DNA of 64,000 bases, taken from NCBI RefSeq assembly GCF_009914755.1, contig NC_060929.1; one strand, 5' to 3'. The position numbers and the translations under genes were made by a program. Positions 1-13,024 of this stretch are shown here, one piece after another. The stretch's first letter is position 1. The number at the start of each line of letters is the position of its first letter. Source of the stretch: the human T2T-CHM13v2.0 reference genome, Homo sapiens. The notes under the pieces were generated by a model. The model worked only from the letters and a program-made list of their open reading frames with translations, made no database searches and was not told the DNA's origin.

Positions 1-578
1 ACACTGACAGATAGGAGTGGCATTTAACTCCGTGGTTAAGAGCCATGGAACACCCAGCACTTGATTCCCTCAACTATGCAATGAAAATAATAGTATACCT
101 ACCTCAGGGAGTTTGTGTGAGAAGTGAGTGAAGGAATGCATTCAAAGATTCTATTTAGCCCAGTGTTTGACACTGTAAACGCTCCACGGTTGGAAAGAAC
201 TGTGCCTAAAATGCCCCCAGTCCTTAACCTCCTCTGGGAAGCCCTCAGGTAGCTGCCAGCCTCATCCTTCAAGTCTCAGGTCTCATATCATCTCCTCAGA
301 GAGACCTGCCCTGATCACGTGATCCAAAGCATTGCACCCATCCTGCATATGCTCTTATCCCATCCTGTTCTTTCAAGGCACCTGGCCCAATTTGTGATTA
401 TGTATTTGTTTGTTTCTTGACTTGTTAACTCTCTGGCTCTTTCCCTGGAATGGAAGGTCCAGGAACGTATGGGCCCTGCATGTTGCTCTCAGCTGGGCTG
501 CTGGAGCCTAGCGCAGCACTGCATAGAGTAAGTGCTCAACACGCAGCTGTTGAATAACCTTGAATGAACTGGCCGCCC

Positions 579-1143
579 TTATGGAGACTGGAATAATCCA
601 GGGTGGTCATAGGAGAAAAATCCCAGGCAGCAATTTGACATGATTAGAGGCTATATAGACCGATAAGACCCTGAAAAACAGGGTGTGGACCAAGCTGGCT
701 AAGACCCACTGGACCCAACATGTTGATGGATTTGATCTAGGTTTCACCTAGGACCTCTTTATACGCTGATTCATGTACTCAATCACACACCCACCAGTGC
801 CACGACAGCTGCGAGAACACCCATATTTGGTGTAGAAATGAGTGGCACCACAGTTCCGGGAAATCTCCACCTTTTTCCAGGAATTTTCATGAATATTCCA
901 CCTCTTGGTTAAAGAAACCCATAAAGATAGAAACCCCAAACACTTCTGCCCAACTCTCTCTTGAGAATGCCCACAGCCCCCTCTCCTGAGTGTGTACTGT
1001 TTTCCCTTGCAAAAAATCACCATACTTTCACAATTTTCTGACTCATCCTTGAATTCGTTCTTGAGATGGTGTCAAGCGCCTGGACACTGGCTGGGGTTGA
1101 GGTCCCACTGGCGTTTGAGGACCTCCCCAGCCCACCGGTATTA
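579..1143 (+). mobile_element. ERV1-class solo LTR (MER61/MER83-like)
   Basis: 3' end ...TCATCCTTGAATTC...GGGTTGAGGTCCCACTGGCGTTTGAGGACCTCCCCAGCCCACCGGTATTA resembles recalled ERV1 LTR ends; subfamily uncertain. Confidence 0.6.
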
Positions 1144-1224
1144 TTATAATTTATAAAACAAGGGGATCTCAAGGGTCTCAATAAACGTGCGGATGACAAA
1201 GCCTCACTTGGCTACTGAGGAAAA

Positions 1225-1420
1225 CCCAGTGCAATGACTGGGCTTGGATTCTGAAGACTGGGGTCCCAGTCCTAGTTTTGTAACTTACTGATCGCGTGAC
1301 TGTGAAAGTCAGTTCATCTTATCTGGGCCTTCATTTCCTCACCTGTAAAATGGAGATATTAACATTTGCCCAGTCTGCCTTACAGGGTTATTCAGAGAAT
1401 CAAATAAGATAGTGGATTTG
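1225..1420 (+). mobile_element. MIR fragment
   Basis: Core motif TCTGGGCCTTCATTTCCTCACCTGTAAAATGG; other MIR/L2 fragments in the window are not listed individually. Confidence 0.65.
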
Positions 1421-2464
1421 AAAACAAAACGTGATACAAAATTAGAGTCGTATTTAAAATTGTAATTGTTACTAGTTGCAATTGAACTAAGGGATCACAG
1501 TCCTGAACTCCCACTGGGAGCCCCAGGAGTGTTTCAGGGGAGGCCTCATCCTTGGTGGAGGAGGACACCCAAATCTCACCCAGTAGGGCAATTCTCCCTG
1601 TGTTTGGTGTTAAAAGGGACAAGGTTTGCTTGCAGATGAAGCTTGCTGAAAATCCACTTTGATGGGAGAATAGAATACTATAATAAAAAACACTCCACGC
1701 CCTCCCTGAATTCCAGGAAGTAAATTGGAAACAGTCCTCTCCAGCTTCTCTGAAAAGCTAAAGAGATCCTTTGGAGGAAAAAGCGGCTGGCTGCCGCTCC
1801 TCACAGTACTCACGAAATGTCCCCTCTCTCCAGATCTCAAGATCAGTGTCCTTTTGGAAACTGTCCAGAATCCAGAGTCTAAATACAGAGGCTTAAAAGT
1901 CCTGGGGCCCACTTGACAGGATGCCTCAGAAAATATTTGATCTGCTATTTTCTCTCTCCTCATTTCTGGTTCAGCCTAGAAAATGAGATCCAAGGACACA
2001 TCATGATCTAACAAGGTCTCAGAAGCCAGGGGTTTGTCTCAGCAAGAATTCCTGAAAGCACACAGGAAATCAGCCTGTATGTTAAAGCTGAAGAATTATA
2101 CCTTCTAATATATACAAGCCCAGCCTTTACAAAATGACAAATGTGGTGTATAACGTGGTGGGCAGTGGAGCCCACCCCCTGGGCCCTGGCCTGCTGCACG
2201 TCTGAGCCTCAGCTGCCTCCTCTGCACAATGAGGGCAAGAGTCAGGCTCTGGAGCGGCTGAAGACAAAGCCATCAAGCTTTGGCATTGTCTGCAGCTGTT
2301 TTCTGCCACGTGGAGACCAAGGACTGCCATGGGAGAGAAGAATGCAGCAGCTGTGCGAGATGTGAGGGGTAGAGAAGGCGGCTGAGGGTGTTCATATCCC
2401 CATATCGCATCCTCAGGGCCAGTCTCCACGTGCCTGACCACAGCGGTGGGGGAGTGGGTGTGAG

Positions 2465-2775
2465 CAGCTCAGCCCAATAGGAAAATGACGCAAGTCACAT
2501 GTGTCAGTTTGTCTTGTAGTCACATTAAAAAAGTAAAAAAGAAACAGGTGAAATTAATTTCAATGCTATTTAGCCCTTGATTTCCCAAATATCATCATTT
2601 CAACATGTAATCACCATAAAAATTATTACTGAGACATTTTACATTCTTAAGTTAGTACTAAGTCTTTGAAGCCCAGTGATGTATTTCACACTTGCGGCGG
2701 ATCTCAATTCAGACTGGAGCCTTCCAAGTCTCCAATAGCCGCATGGTGGCTTCCATAATAGCTCCAGCATAGCTG
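2465..2775 (+). mobile_element. MER33-like non-autonomous hAT-Charlie DNA transposon
   Basis: GTAGTCACATTAAAAAAGTAAAAAAGAAACAGGTGAAATTAATTT, shared with the copy at 55742. Confidence 0.7.
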
Positions 2776-3883
2776 TGTGAGTTCAGATGCCATGAACTAG
2801 CTGTAGTACCTTTACACGTTACTTAATCTCTCCCCTTCAGTCTCCTCCTCTCCAACATGAACATGATAATAATAGAACCTACCTTAGACAGTTGTTACGA
2901 GGATTTAATGTTTCTAGAATAAGGCCTGGCATATGGCAAGAGGTATAAAAGCATTAGCTTCTATTATTTTATTATTTCTTGCCCTTCCGAAAATCAAACA
3001 AGATAATGGATGTTGAATGTAATGATACGAGTTTTAAGACCTTGTTTAAAATTGTAATTGCCACTAACTGCAGTTGAACTAACAAAAACCAGTCCTGATC
3101 TGCCACCCTGAGTCCTGCATGCATTTCAGGTAGAGACTCCTGTAGCTTCTCATAAATTCCCATTTTCACTTATCACTTTGAGTGATGGCTCTGTCAGGTG
3201 CTACCAAAAAAAAGTCCTAGGGAGGCTGGGCCTTTTTTCCTGCCTTGCTGTTTCTGCTCTGAGGGAAGGATGGGGTGTTGCCTTGGCTCCACAACTTTGA
3301 GCCACCTGGCGTGTCTGTGCTCCATAATACAAAGACCAGGGAAGAAGCGGGATGGTGCTCATCTCATCAAGCGACAGGGCCAAATGGGATATGAGGTGTG
3401 CATGTGTGCATGATACTGTAGCCTGGCACATGGATACCCAATAAATAGTATGGTTTATTATTACTGCCTTTGAGGCCAGACACTGGGGAATTAGAGGTGA
3501 AAAGATGTAGTTGCTGCTCCTGTAGGGCCCACTCTGATCCCTAGAACTACCTGGGCAGGTTATAACTGTCTGCTTACCTGAGCATCCAGCTGGCACACCT
3601 GTGTAACCGGGAAAGAAAAGCCTCACTCTCCTTTTCCTTTGTAATAGGCACCTAACAGCATCTAGACATAACAGCATTCAAGACCAGGCAGGCGGCAGGG
3701 GAAGGAAATTTTGGGATTAGGCAACAATCCCTGGGAATGACATAAAAGGGACTACACTTGAAGATCTAAGAACTGAGGGAGAGAAACAGAATCTGAACTT
3801 TGAAGGGGACAGGGAGAAAAGGCTAAGTTTTCCTTGACTTTTCTGGGTGAACCCAAGAACTTCCATGGAGTCATTTCTGGTCA

Positions 3884-4098
<215 letters not shown>

Positions 4099-4446
4099 TC
4101 AGATACAGGTCTACCCCTAGAGAAGCACGAGCTGGTCTGGTGGTTAAGTTGTTTTCCAGCTGTTTGACCTTGGGCCAAGTTATTTAATCTCTCTAGGCCT
4201 CAGTTTCTTTGTCTGTAAAATGAGAAAAATAATACTGTATGGTCTTATTTGAATTTGAATATTCATTGTTTCACTTGATGTGTGAAATCTGAAATAACCC
4301 CAATTTTCCCAAGTTAAAAGTTGTCAAAAATCTTGTAAGGCAGTGTGAATTGTAAATTGTAAACTGTATTTATGCTATAGCCACATAACAGCACTGTCCT
4401 AACAGGTAATCAGAAATATCTACCATTCTTCAGCAGGTGAGCTTTT

Positions 4447-4720
4447 TTAAAAAATTTTTAATTTCCATAGATTATTGGGGAACAGGTGGTGTTTGGTTAC
4501 ATGAGTGAGTTCTTTAGTGGTGATTTGTGAGATTTTGGTGCACCCATCACCCGAGCGGTACACACTGTGCCCTATTTGTAGTCTTTCATCCATTGCTCCC
4601 TTTCACCCTTTCCCCTTGAGTCCCCAAAGTCCATTGTGTCATTCTTATGCCTTTGCATCCTCATAGCTTAGCTCTCACTTATGAGTGAGAACATACAATG
4701 TTTGGTTTTCCATTCGGCCC
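4447..4720 (-). mobile_element. Old L1 3'-end fragment (L1PB/L1MA-like)
   Basis: CTCACTTATGAGTGAGAACATAC motif; TSD GTGAGCTTTT at 4437 and 4721. Confidence 0.8.
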
Positions 4721-5228
4721 GTGAGCTTTTAATGATACCAGTTTTGAATTATTTGAGGTCTTTAGGAATGCCTCCCTTGAGTAATTTGACTGCTCACACC
4801 TCCCTTACAGAGTAATTGTGAATATTTAATGAGATAATGCAGCAACCAGCCCACAGTAAGCACTCAGTAACAGTAGTGATTTTTGATACAATAATCATTC
4901 CTGAGAACAAAGAGAGAGATGATGTCATGGGAGAAGGTTGCCACACTCATGAGAATAAACAAGCAGACCTGGGTAGACCTGGATAGACCTGGGTCTGCTG
5001 TTTCCCCATCTGTAAAGTGGCCGTAACAGTGACCCCGTGAGGAGCTGAACATTTGCAAACTTTGGCATCAATGGCAATGAAAGCAGTTATAATGGCTGAT
5101 GCAATTGTATAGCTGGGCATAAATGCAAAGAGGTACAGGATTTCTACAGGTGTGCCCTACTTTACACAAGATTGTAAAATTCAAATTTAGTCATTCAGTG
5201 ATTAGCTTTTAACTTTTTGTTAATATTA

Positions 5229-5672
<444 letters not shown>

Positions 5673-5846
5673 CTACTCTGTACTTTTTGTTTTGGGTTTT
5701 TAATTTGAAATTGTTGCCAATGTAAAACTTGGGAGATTTTCTGTTAACATCGACGTTTGCAGCTTTTCTTGGGCAGCAGAAGGATCTGGGCAGCACTGAG
5801 CCTGCATTTGGGCAGGTCAACAGGTAGCTGCCCCTTGAGACAAGGT

Positions 5847-6231
5847 ATTACAGGCTGACTTGTGTCTCCCCAGAATTCACACATTGAAGTCCTAACTCTT
5901 AGATTATCAGAATGGGACTGTATTTAGAGATAGGACCTTAAAAACGGTAACCAAGGTAATATGAGTCATATGGGTAGGCCCTAATCCAGTATGAGTGGTA
6001 TCGTTACATTAAGAGGAGATCAGGACACAGACACATACAGAGTGACAACCATGTGAAGACACAGCAGATGATGGCCACCTGCAAGCCACAGAGAGAGGAC
6101 TCAGAAGAAACCAACACTGCAGATACCTTGATGATGGGCTTCCAGCCTCTAGGGATCGTGAGAAATAAATGTCTATTGTTGCAGCTCCCCAGTCTGTGGT
6201 GTTGTCACGGTGCCCCACGCTGACTAGGACA
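5847..6231 (+). mobile_element. MaLR LTR (MLT1A/B-like)
   Basis: TGTGTCTCCCCAGAATTCAC...GAAATAAATGTCTATTGTT...GACTAGGACA. Confidence 0.75.
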
Positions 6232-6747
6232 GAGAGCCTGTGTTCTACAGTGTCCACAGTCCTCACCACTCCCAAATGTCATGCATCCCATTCCTATATA
6301 CATTGTGCACAGTCTCTGTCAGTATCTGGGTTTGCAACCCCTAATCTAGAGGAAAAGAGTAATGATTCTCCATGTATGTTGTGTGTTCTTATTTCAAAGT
6401 TTTGATGTTCATATCTCCTTTAAATCTCCCCACACTTCTAAGAGGCTGATACTGTCATCTCCACTTGGCAGAAGAGAAAACAGAGCTCAGAAAAGGGAAA
6501 AATTACTTTTCCTAGGTCAATGTTTGGGTGGAACTCAGGCCTGCTGGCTCAGGGCCCAGAGCTCATGTTCCTCCACCATGGCCCCTCAGCTAACAGGGGA
6601 GTTACTAACAGGGCAGTGATGTGTATGCGCATGTGTATGTGTGTTATAGGAGTAAGCCACTTAACAGAAGTGAACAAATCCAGGGGAAGGTTATTTGCTT
6701 GAAAAAATATTTGGCACATAATTCCTTTCAAAAGAAAAGCTAGAATG

Positions 6748-7090
<343 letters not shown>

Positions 7091-8829
7091 TTATGCAAGA
7101 GTTCATCTCACAGAGGTAAATTAAGGTTGGCAGGCCTTTGACCAGGAAGAAGGAGTGGGTGAAGCTGTGGGTGTGGAGAGAGACTCTGTTACCCCACAGT
7201 GAACATTTAGGAGTAGGAAGCATCAGTGATTGAGACAGCAGGAGAGACTGTCTGATCAGCAGGGTCAGCATAAGAGAAGGAATAGCGAGACAGGGGGGAG
7301 GAATAGGGAGATTTGCAGAGGAAAAAAGTGACACCTTGGAGAACTTGCTGAACATTCAATGGAGACAGAATGGCTTCAAACGTGACTCCAGCCTTGTGAA
7401 AAATAATCTCAGTTCATCCATACAATGACACACTATGCCCATTAGAAGAACAAAGTAAGCCTGTATATGCAGATATGAAAACATGGCGAAGACACACTGT
7501 TAAGTGAAAAAAGCAAGTTGTACCATGGAATGTAAAGTATGCTTCTCTTTGAGTTTAAAAAAAAAAAAACAGCACAAATACAGAGTATATATATGTACAG
7601 AAGGGTTGGGGAAATACTTTCCGAAAAGACACAATCTTGTTAAGGGGTTACCTTTCAGAATTGGGAGGGAGTGTGTGGGCTTTTACTTTTCTCTTTCTAC
7701 CTTTTTGAACTGTTCGAATTTCTTGTGATGAGCGTCGTTACTTTTATAACATTTAAAACAAAAGGTAAACCTAAGGTTTAAGGATTGGAAGACTGGTAAG
7801 TGTGGTATCCCTGCTAGGAGATGGGGAGAAGTCAGACATTTGGGAGGAAACAAATTCTGCAGTGAATCTGATGTGTTACAATGAAGGGCTGTAGTGATGC
7901 TTGGAAATGTGTGGAGAGTTTGAGGATCGGGCAGTTGAAAGCAGGAGTAATTGATATAATTACTCCAGATGACAGAATAAATTAGAGAATGGTGCAGAGG
8001 GAGGGCAAAAATAAGGATGTGAGAGGACAGATTTTTAACAGTGCTAACTGAGCACCAGCCTTGGATTGACCTATGTAAGACATTGTCTTTCTATTACTGC
8101 TACTTCAGCATGGTGGAAACACAGGGTCTCTGAGAGATGGCCAGTCTAAGGAAGGGACCTCTGCAGGCTTCCAAGCAGGGCAATTTTGTGGTCAAGGAGC
8201 AGAGGAGGATCACAATGAGGTAATGCAAGGGACTCATGGTGTCAGAGGAGAGACCTGGGCTGGGAGACTATTAGGGCCCACTGCAATTATTTAGCTGAAA
8301 AGCGAGGTCCTAGAATGGGGCAGCAGCAGTGGGGATGGAGAAATAAGGACAAAGCATATTAAGACAAGTAGTTTAGGTGGGGAAGGAGAGTGAAGAGAGT
8401 CATGAGGCATTGAGTACAAATCTCTGCCTGCCGTTCAATACCTTTTGAGCTCAGTTTGCCAGTCTGTATCATATATTTAAATAAATGTGAAGGTTAAGTG
8501 AAATAATGCATTCAGTAAATGTTAACTGTGATTGTTAGCTCGGGTATTGGACTCAGATTTACCAGACTTCAAGTCCCTTTTTTATCAATTACTAGCTGTG
8601 CAACCCTGTCCAAGTCATTAATGTCTCTGAGCCCAGTTCCTCTTTTGTAGACGGGGATAATCTGTTGTCATGAAAATGAAAGAGCACAAGTAAAGTGCTA
8701 GCAGGACTTGGCACAAAGTAGGCGCTCAATAAATGGCAGAGCTACGGGTGTTACTATTGTAACGGGTAAACCACTGGGCACAGAGCCTGGCACACAGTAA
8801 GGACTCAAAACATGTTAATTTGTATTATA

Positions 8830-9310
8830 ATACGAAGGTAGAAGTCGAGAGGCAGGAATGCAGGAGCTGCCCAGCCCGCAATAAAGGCGCGCTGGCAGCT
8901 CTCCCACCTTCCGCATCCCGCCCCGCCCGCAGCAGTGCGAGTCCTCCTCCTCCTCCTCCCCGCGCGCACTTGCCGCCCCCGCCCGACCGCGGTGCGGGAC
9001 ACTCACCCTCGCGGCTGCCCGCCACGTCCAGGGGCGTCCGGAGCAAAGAAGCTCTCGGCGGGGCTCCGCGTCCCGGCTTTCCTCAGCGGCAGCAGCCGGG
9101 CAGAGCGTCGGCCCCAGGCATAGTTTTCCCATCCCGTCATGGGCGGGAGAGCCTTCCTCCCGGTCACGTGGGCTGGCCCGCAGCGCAGCATTCTCTTTTT
9201 AGCAGCTGTTTGGAAAAAACTTGCAGTGCTGATGACAACTCGGGTGTGTCGATGCATCTCTGCGTTTGTAGAGCTTGTTAGCGTATTTGGAGGTTTTGTG
9301 CGCCAGAGTG
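8830..9310 (-). promoter_or_regulatory. C1QTNF2: CpG island / promoter and exon 1 region of C1QTNF2
   Basis: CpG-dense with GC boxes; minus-strand donor AGG|GTGAGT at 9007/9006. Confidence 0.8.
9007..9132 (-). CDS. C1QTNF2: C1QTNF2 (CTRP2) exon 1, 42-codon N-terminal extension of the long annotated form; rest of gene lies left of the window
   Basis: MGKLCLGPTLCPAAAAEESRDAEPRRELLCSGRPWTWRAAAR ends at a phase-0 donor; recognised from recall plus synteny; may be 5'UTR in the main isoform. Confidence 0.65.
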
Positions 9311-9532
9311 ATCAGAGTGATTGTTTCCCACGCGTTTGCAAAGGTGTGCATGTACTTGAGTGTGATGATAAATCATAGGGATGTGTTTAGTTGTGTGTGT
9401 GCGTACGTGCGTTTATCCAAATTTTCATCAGGGCTGTTCGGTGTATGTACACATGCATGCACATGTCCAAGATGGCAGCTTGGTGTAAAACTGGAGGGCA
9501 CATCAGTGGTTGGATGTACACGATAGTGGCTA

Positions 9533-9674
9533 GACATCTGTATGTGGGGTGCATGTTTAAATGTGTGTGTGACTGTGCAGGGGCTCATTCTGTGTGTTGG
9601 TTTGACATCTGTATGTGGGGTGTATGTTTAAATGTGTGTATGACTGTGCAGTGGCTCATTCTATGTGTTGATTT
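9533..9674. repeat. 71-bp tandem duplication (2 copies) in a GT-rich tract
   Basis: GACATCTGTATGTGGGGTG...GGCTCATTCT at 9533 and 9604. Confidence 0.9.
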
Positions 9675-11164
9675 CTATGCATGCCTTGGTGTGGATTTTG
9701 TCCGGATGTGAGTGTGCACATACACACTAGTGTGGGTGAGTTCCCCTGTGTACCAGCTCTCATTTCTCTTCTCCCCAGAAGGTGAGGATTCACTGGTCTC
9801 ACTCACTCTGGCCCAGCCTCAAGTCATTGAGAGACTTATGGAGGGTCTCAGCTCCCAGGATAGGCAAAGCAATCCTATTTGGGAATCAAGCAGGCACTGG
9901 AGGAAAGGAAATCCTCCAAGGCCTGGCTTTTGCTTCTCCCTGTTCCTTCCACTGCTCTCTTCCACTAGCTACCCATATTTCACTCTGCACAGCCAGAGCA
10001 TCTGGTTAACAGCTGGTAAGTGACACAAAATTTACAGTCAGAATTTTAATACAGATATGCATTTGAATTCTAATGTTGTATCCACCACCTTAATCAAGTC
10101 AGATAATCTCACAGATGGTGTTTTATTTTCTAAAAAAAATGGGAGAATAATATTACCTGCACTGCCTTTACCCCAAAGTTGGGACACTAACTCATAAAGA
10201 TGTTTGGTAAGCCATTGAACTATGTAGGAAATTATTACTAATATCACATAAATACTATTTGAGAAAGAAAGTTTGTAGGCTTAACAAACATTCATTCAAC
10301 AAATATTTAATAAGCATCCATTGTGTGTCAGTCCCCAAGCAAGGTGCTGGGGACATAGAGGGAAACAAATAGGCTTGATGCCTACCCTCATGAAACTTAG
10401 AGTCCTCCAGCTGGGGATGACACAAGTGGTTACAAGTGAAATGAGTGTTATAGAAAAGAAAAGCTTAAAGTATAAACTGGGCAGTCAGGGGAAGGCCTGG
10501 GAAACTGATGTTTCAGGTGAACCCTGAGAGATGACTGAGACTTGTCTGAATGTAGGGGAAGTGTGAGCTCAAAAAATGAAGGAATGATAACATGTGGAGT
10601 GGAGTTTAGGGTGTTGATACACAGATGGCTGGAAAGGAAACTTCCATCCACCGCCTCTTGGGTCAGATGTGTCAGCAATTGGAAAGGTGAGGAAACTGCT
10701 TAGAATGCCTGGAGGCCATTCAGAATCTAAAGGGCTCAGGAAAGCCCCTCTCCTAGAGTAGAGTGGTAATATCTGTGTGTTATCCATGTGGCTCCATCAT
10801 GACAGAGGTTGAAATCACTGGCATGCTCTCATTGGTTAAAAAAAAAAGGTTAATGAAAAGTTAAGAAAGGCAGTGCTGCTATACCTGGTAGTGTGAAACA
10901 TTTAATAAACACTACTGATTGAATGAATGGGGGCACATGTTTTTCCAACTTTTGAAGGATACCTGGAACCTAGGTTTCCTGAAGCCTAGCAGAGTTCCTG
11001 GGTCCCTGTCCTATGGTTCCTTGCAGTGGTGATGGCTTCATGTAGCATGCAATCCAAAATACTTGTCCGGTGGCAGTTCCACGAGCTGCAGGAACTGTGT
11101 CAAGCTAGAATGGGGCTTAGAACTTCCTCTCCCTAGCCTCTCTCTGTCTTTACTCTCTGCTTGA

Positions 11165-11509
<345 letters not shown>

Positions 11510-11764
11510 TGAGTATGGGGACAAAGAGATGAACTTCTGAATGAGAACACAAATTACACCAGGAGGCAAAATACAATTAAGTGCCATAGGAAAGGTGCAA
11601 AGTGTGAACATGAAAGAGGAGGATTTTCCCCTTCGATTTCATTCAATTCATTTCACATCCATTCACATCTAGAGAACATGCTAGTATCCACCTAGAGAAG
11701 ACGAATGATATTATGACATTGATGGCCACAGAGCGGGGCAGCCATGAGGCAGATGTGGCAGATT

Positions 11765-12275
11765 GGCTTGTTCCACAATTGTCCAAACTTTTCTTGGTGT
11801 GCTTTCCTATACAACAGAGACTAGAAAGCTAAAAATCCATTTCCTAGACTCCTTGCTGTTGGGGCTCCCATTATAATTTAGGTTTAGCCAGTCCTGTGCA
11901 CCTGGGAAAGACCTGAATTCAAAATTGTGTTCAGAAAAACAAAAAACAAAAACAGTTATGTGAAGAGGAGGTAGCAGCCTGGGAGGAATCCACTTTGCTG
12001 GTGGTGACCTGGAAGATGCAGTGTGACTCTAGAGTTCTGCCAGTTCCTGATCCCCAGATTACACCTAAGATGTTGTGTTCTTGTAGTCAGACTAGGCCAG
12101 TCGCCGGCCTCCTGATTGTGGCAGAAGGCCACATCCCTTGGGGTGGTGGGGTTAGTACGACGGCAGGTTTTGGGACTCATTCCTGCAAGCCCAAGCCAGA
12201 ACTTGTTCTGCAATGGTTCTGAGTCTATTTGATTCTTTTTATTAAATTCATGTCTGCTTAAAATCCTAACTGACA
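11765..12275 (+). mobile_element. ERVL-class LTR (LTR33-like)
   Basis: GCTAAAAATCCATTTCCTAGACTCCTTGC...CTGCTTAAAATCCTAACTGACA. Confidence 0.5.
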
Positions 12276-12844
12276 TGTCATGTTATGAACTATAGGTGCT
12301 GTGAAAGTCAGGGAAAGGAGATGAGTGTGGATCAGAACAAGCAGAGAAGAAATCTAGAGGACTGCCTTCTTTCCTCTTTCTATCCACCTCCTATGCTCAA
12401 CCCCATTTCAATCCTCCCATCAACCTTCAGATTAATCATTGATTAAATATCAGCAACTACAATGCACCAGGCACTCTGCTTGATGTTGAGCTCACAGTGA
12501 TGAATGAATAAGGAAGGTCTCTCCTTATGAGACAGATGTGAAACCAGCAACCAAATAAACATATAATTCAAAATTGTGGTGAAAATAAGAGGGAAACATG
12601 GGAAAGAATAACGGTATGAAGTCTGTGAGATAACCTACTTTGATTGAAAAGTCTAGATGATCTCTTCAGTAGGTGATATTTAAGCTGAGTCCCAAAGGAT
12701 AAAAAAGGGCTAGTCATACAAAGGTAGCCAAGGTGAGGAGTGGTGCCAGGCAGAAGGAGCAGGGTATGTACAAGCTACCTTAGTCCTTCTAAATATCTTT
12801 CTAATGCTTCCCTGTGTAACAGAGGATAAAGCCTAAACTCAGCC

Positions 12845-13024
12845 TTTTTTTGTTGAGGGGACTGTCCTATGCATTGTAGGATTAGCAGGATCTCTGGCCT
12901 CTACCCACTAGATACTACCTACTAGTAGCAGCCCTCCTCGACCCCAGCTGGGACAACAAAAATGTCTTCAGACTTTGCCAAATCTTTCCAGAGGGGCAAA
13001 ATTGCCCTCTGTTGCAAACCACTG
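12845..13024. mobile_element. MER20 (hAT-Charlie)
   Basis: GGCCTCTACCCACTAGAT...GGGGCAAAATTGCCCTCTGTTGCAAACCACTG terminus. Confidence 0.8.

Noticed and set aside
2465-2501. CCAAT, TGACGCAA and TCACATG motif cluster suggesting an enhancer
   Set aside because: It coincides with the decayed 5' end of the MER33-like element; short motifs alone are not evidence
8820-9281. 153-aa plus-strand Pro/Arg-rich ORF and a nearby AATAAA at 8880
   Set aside because: GC-rich CpG island with few stop codons, antisense to C1QTNF2 exon 1, with no recognisable domain
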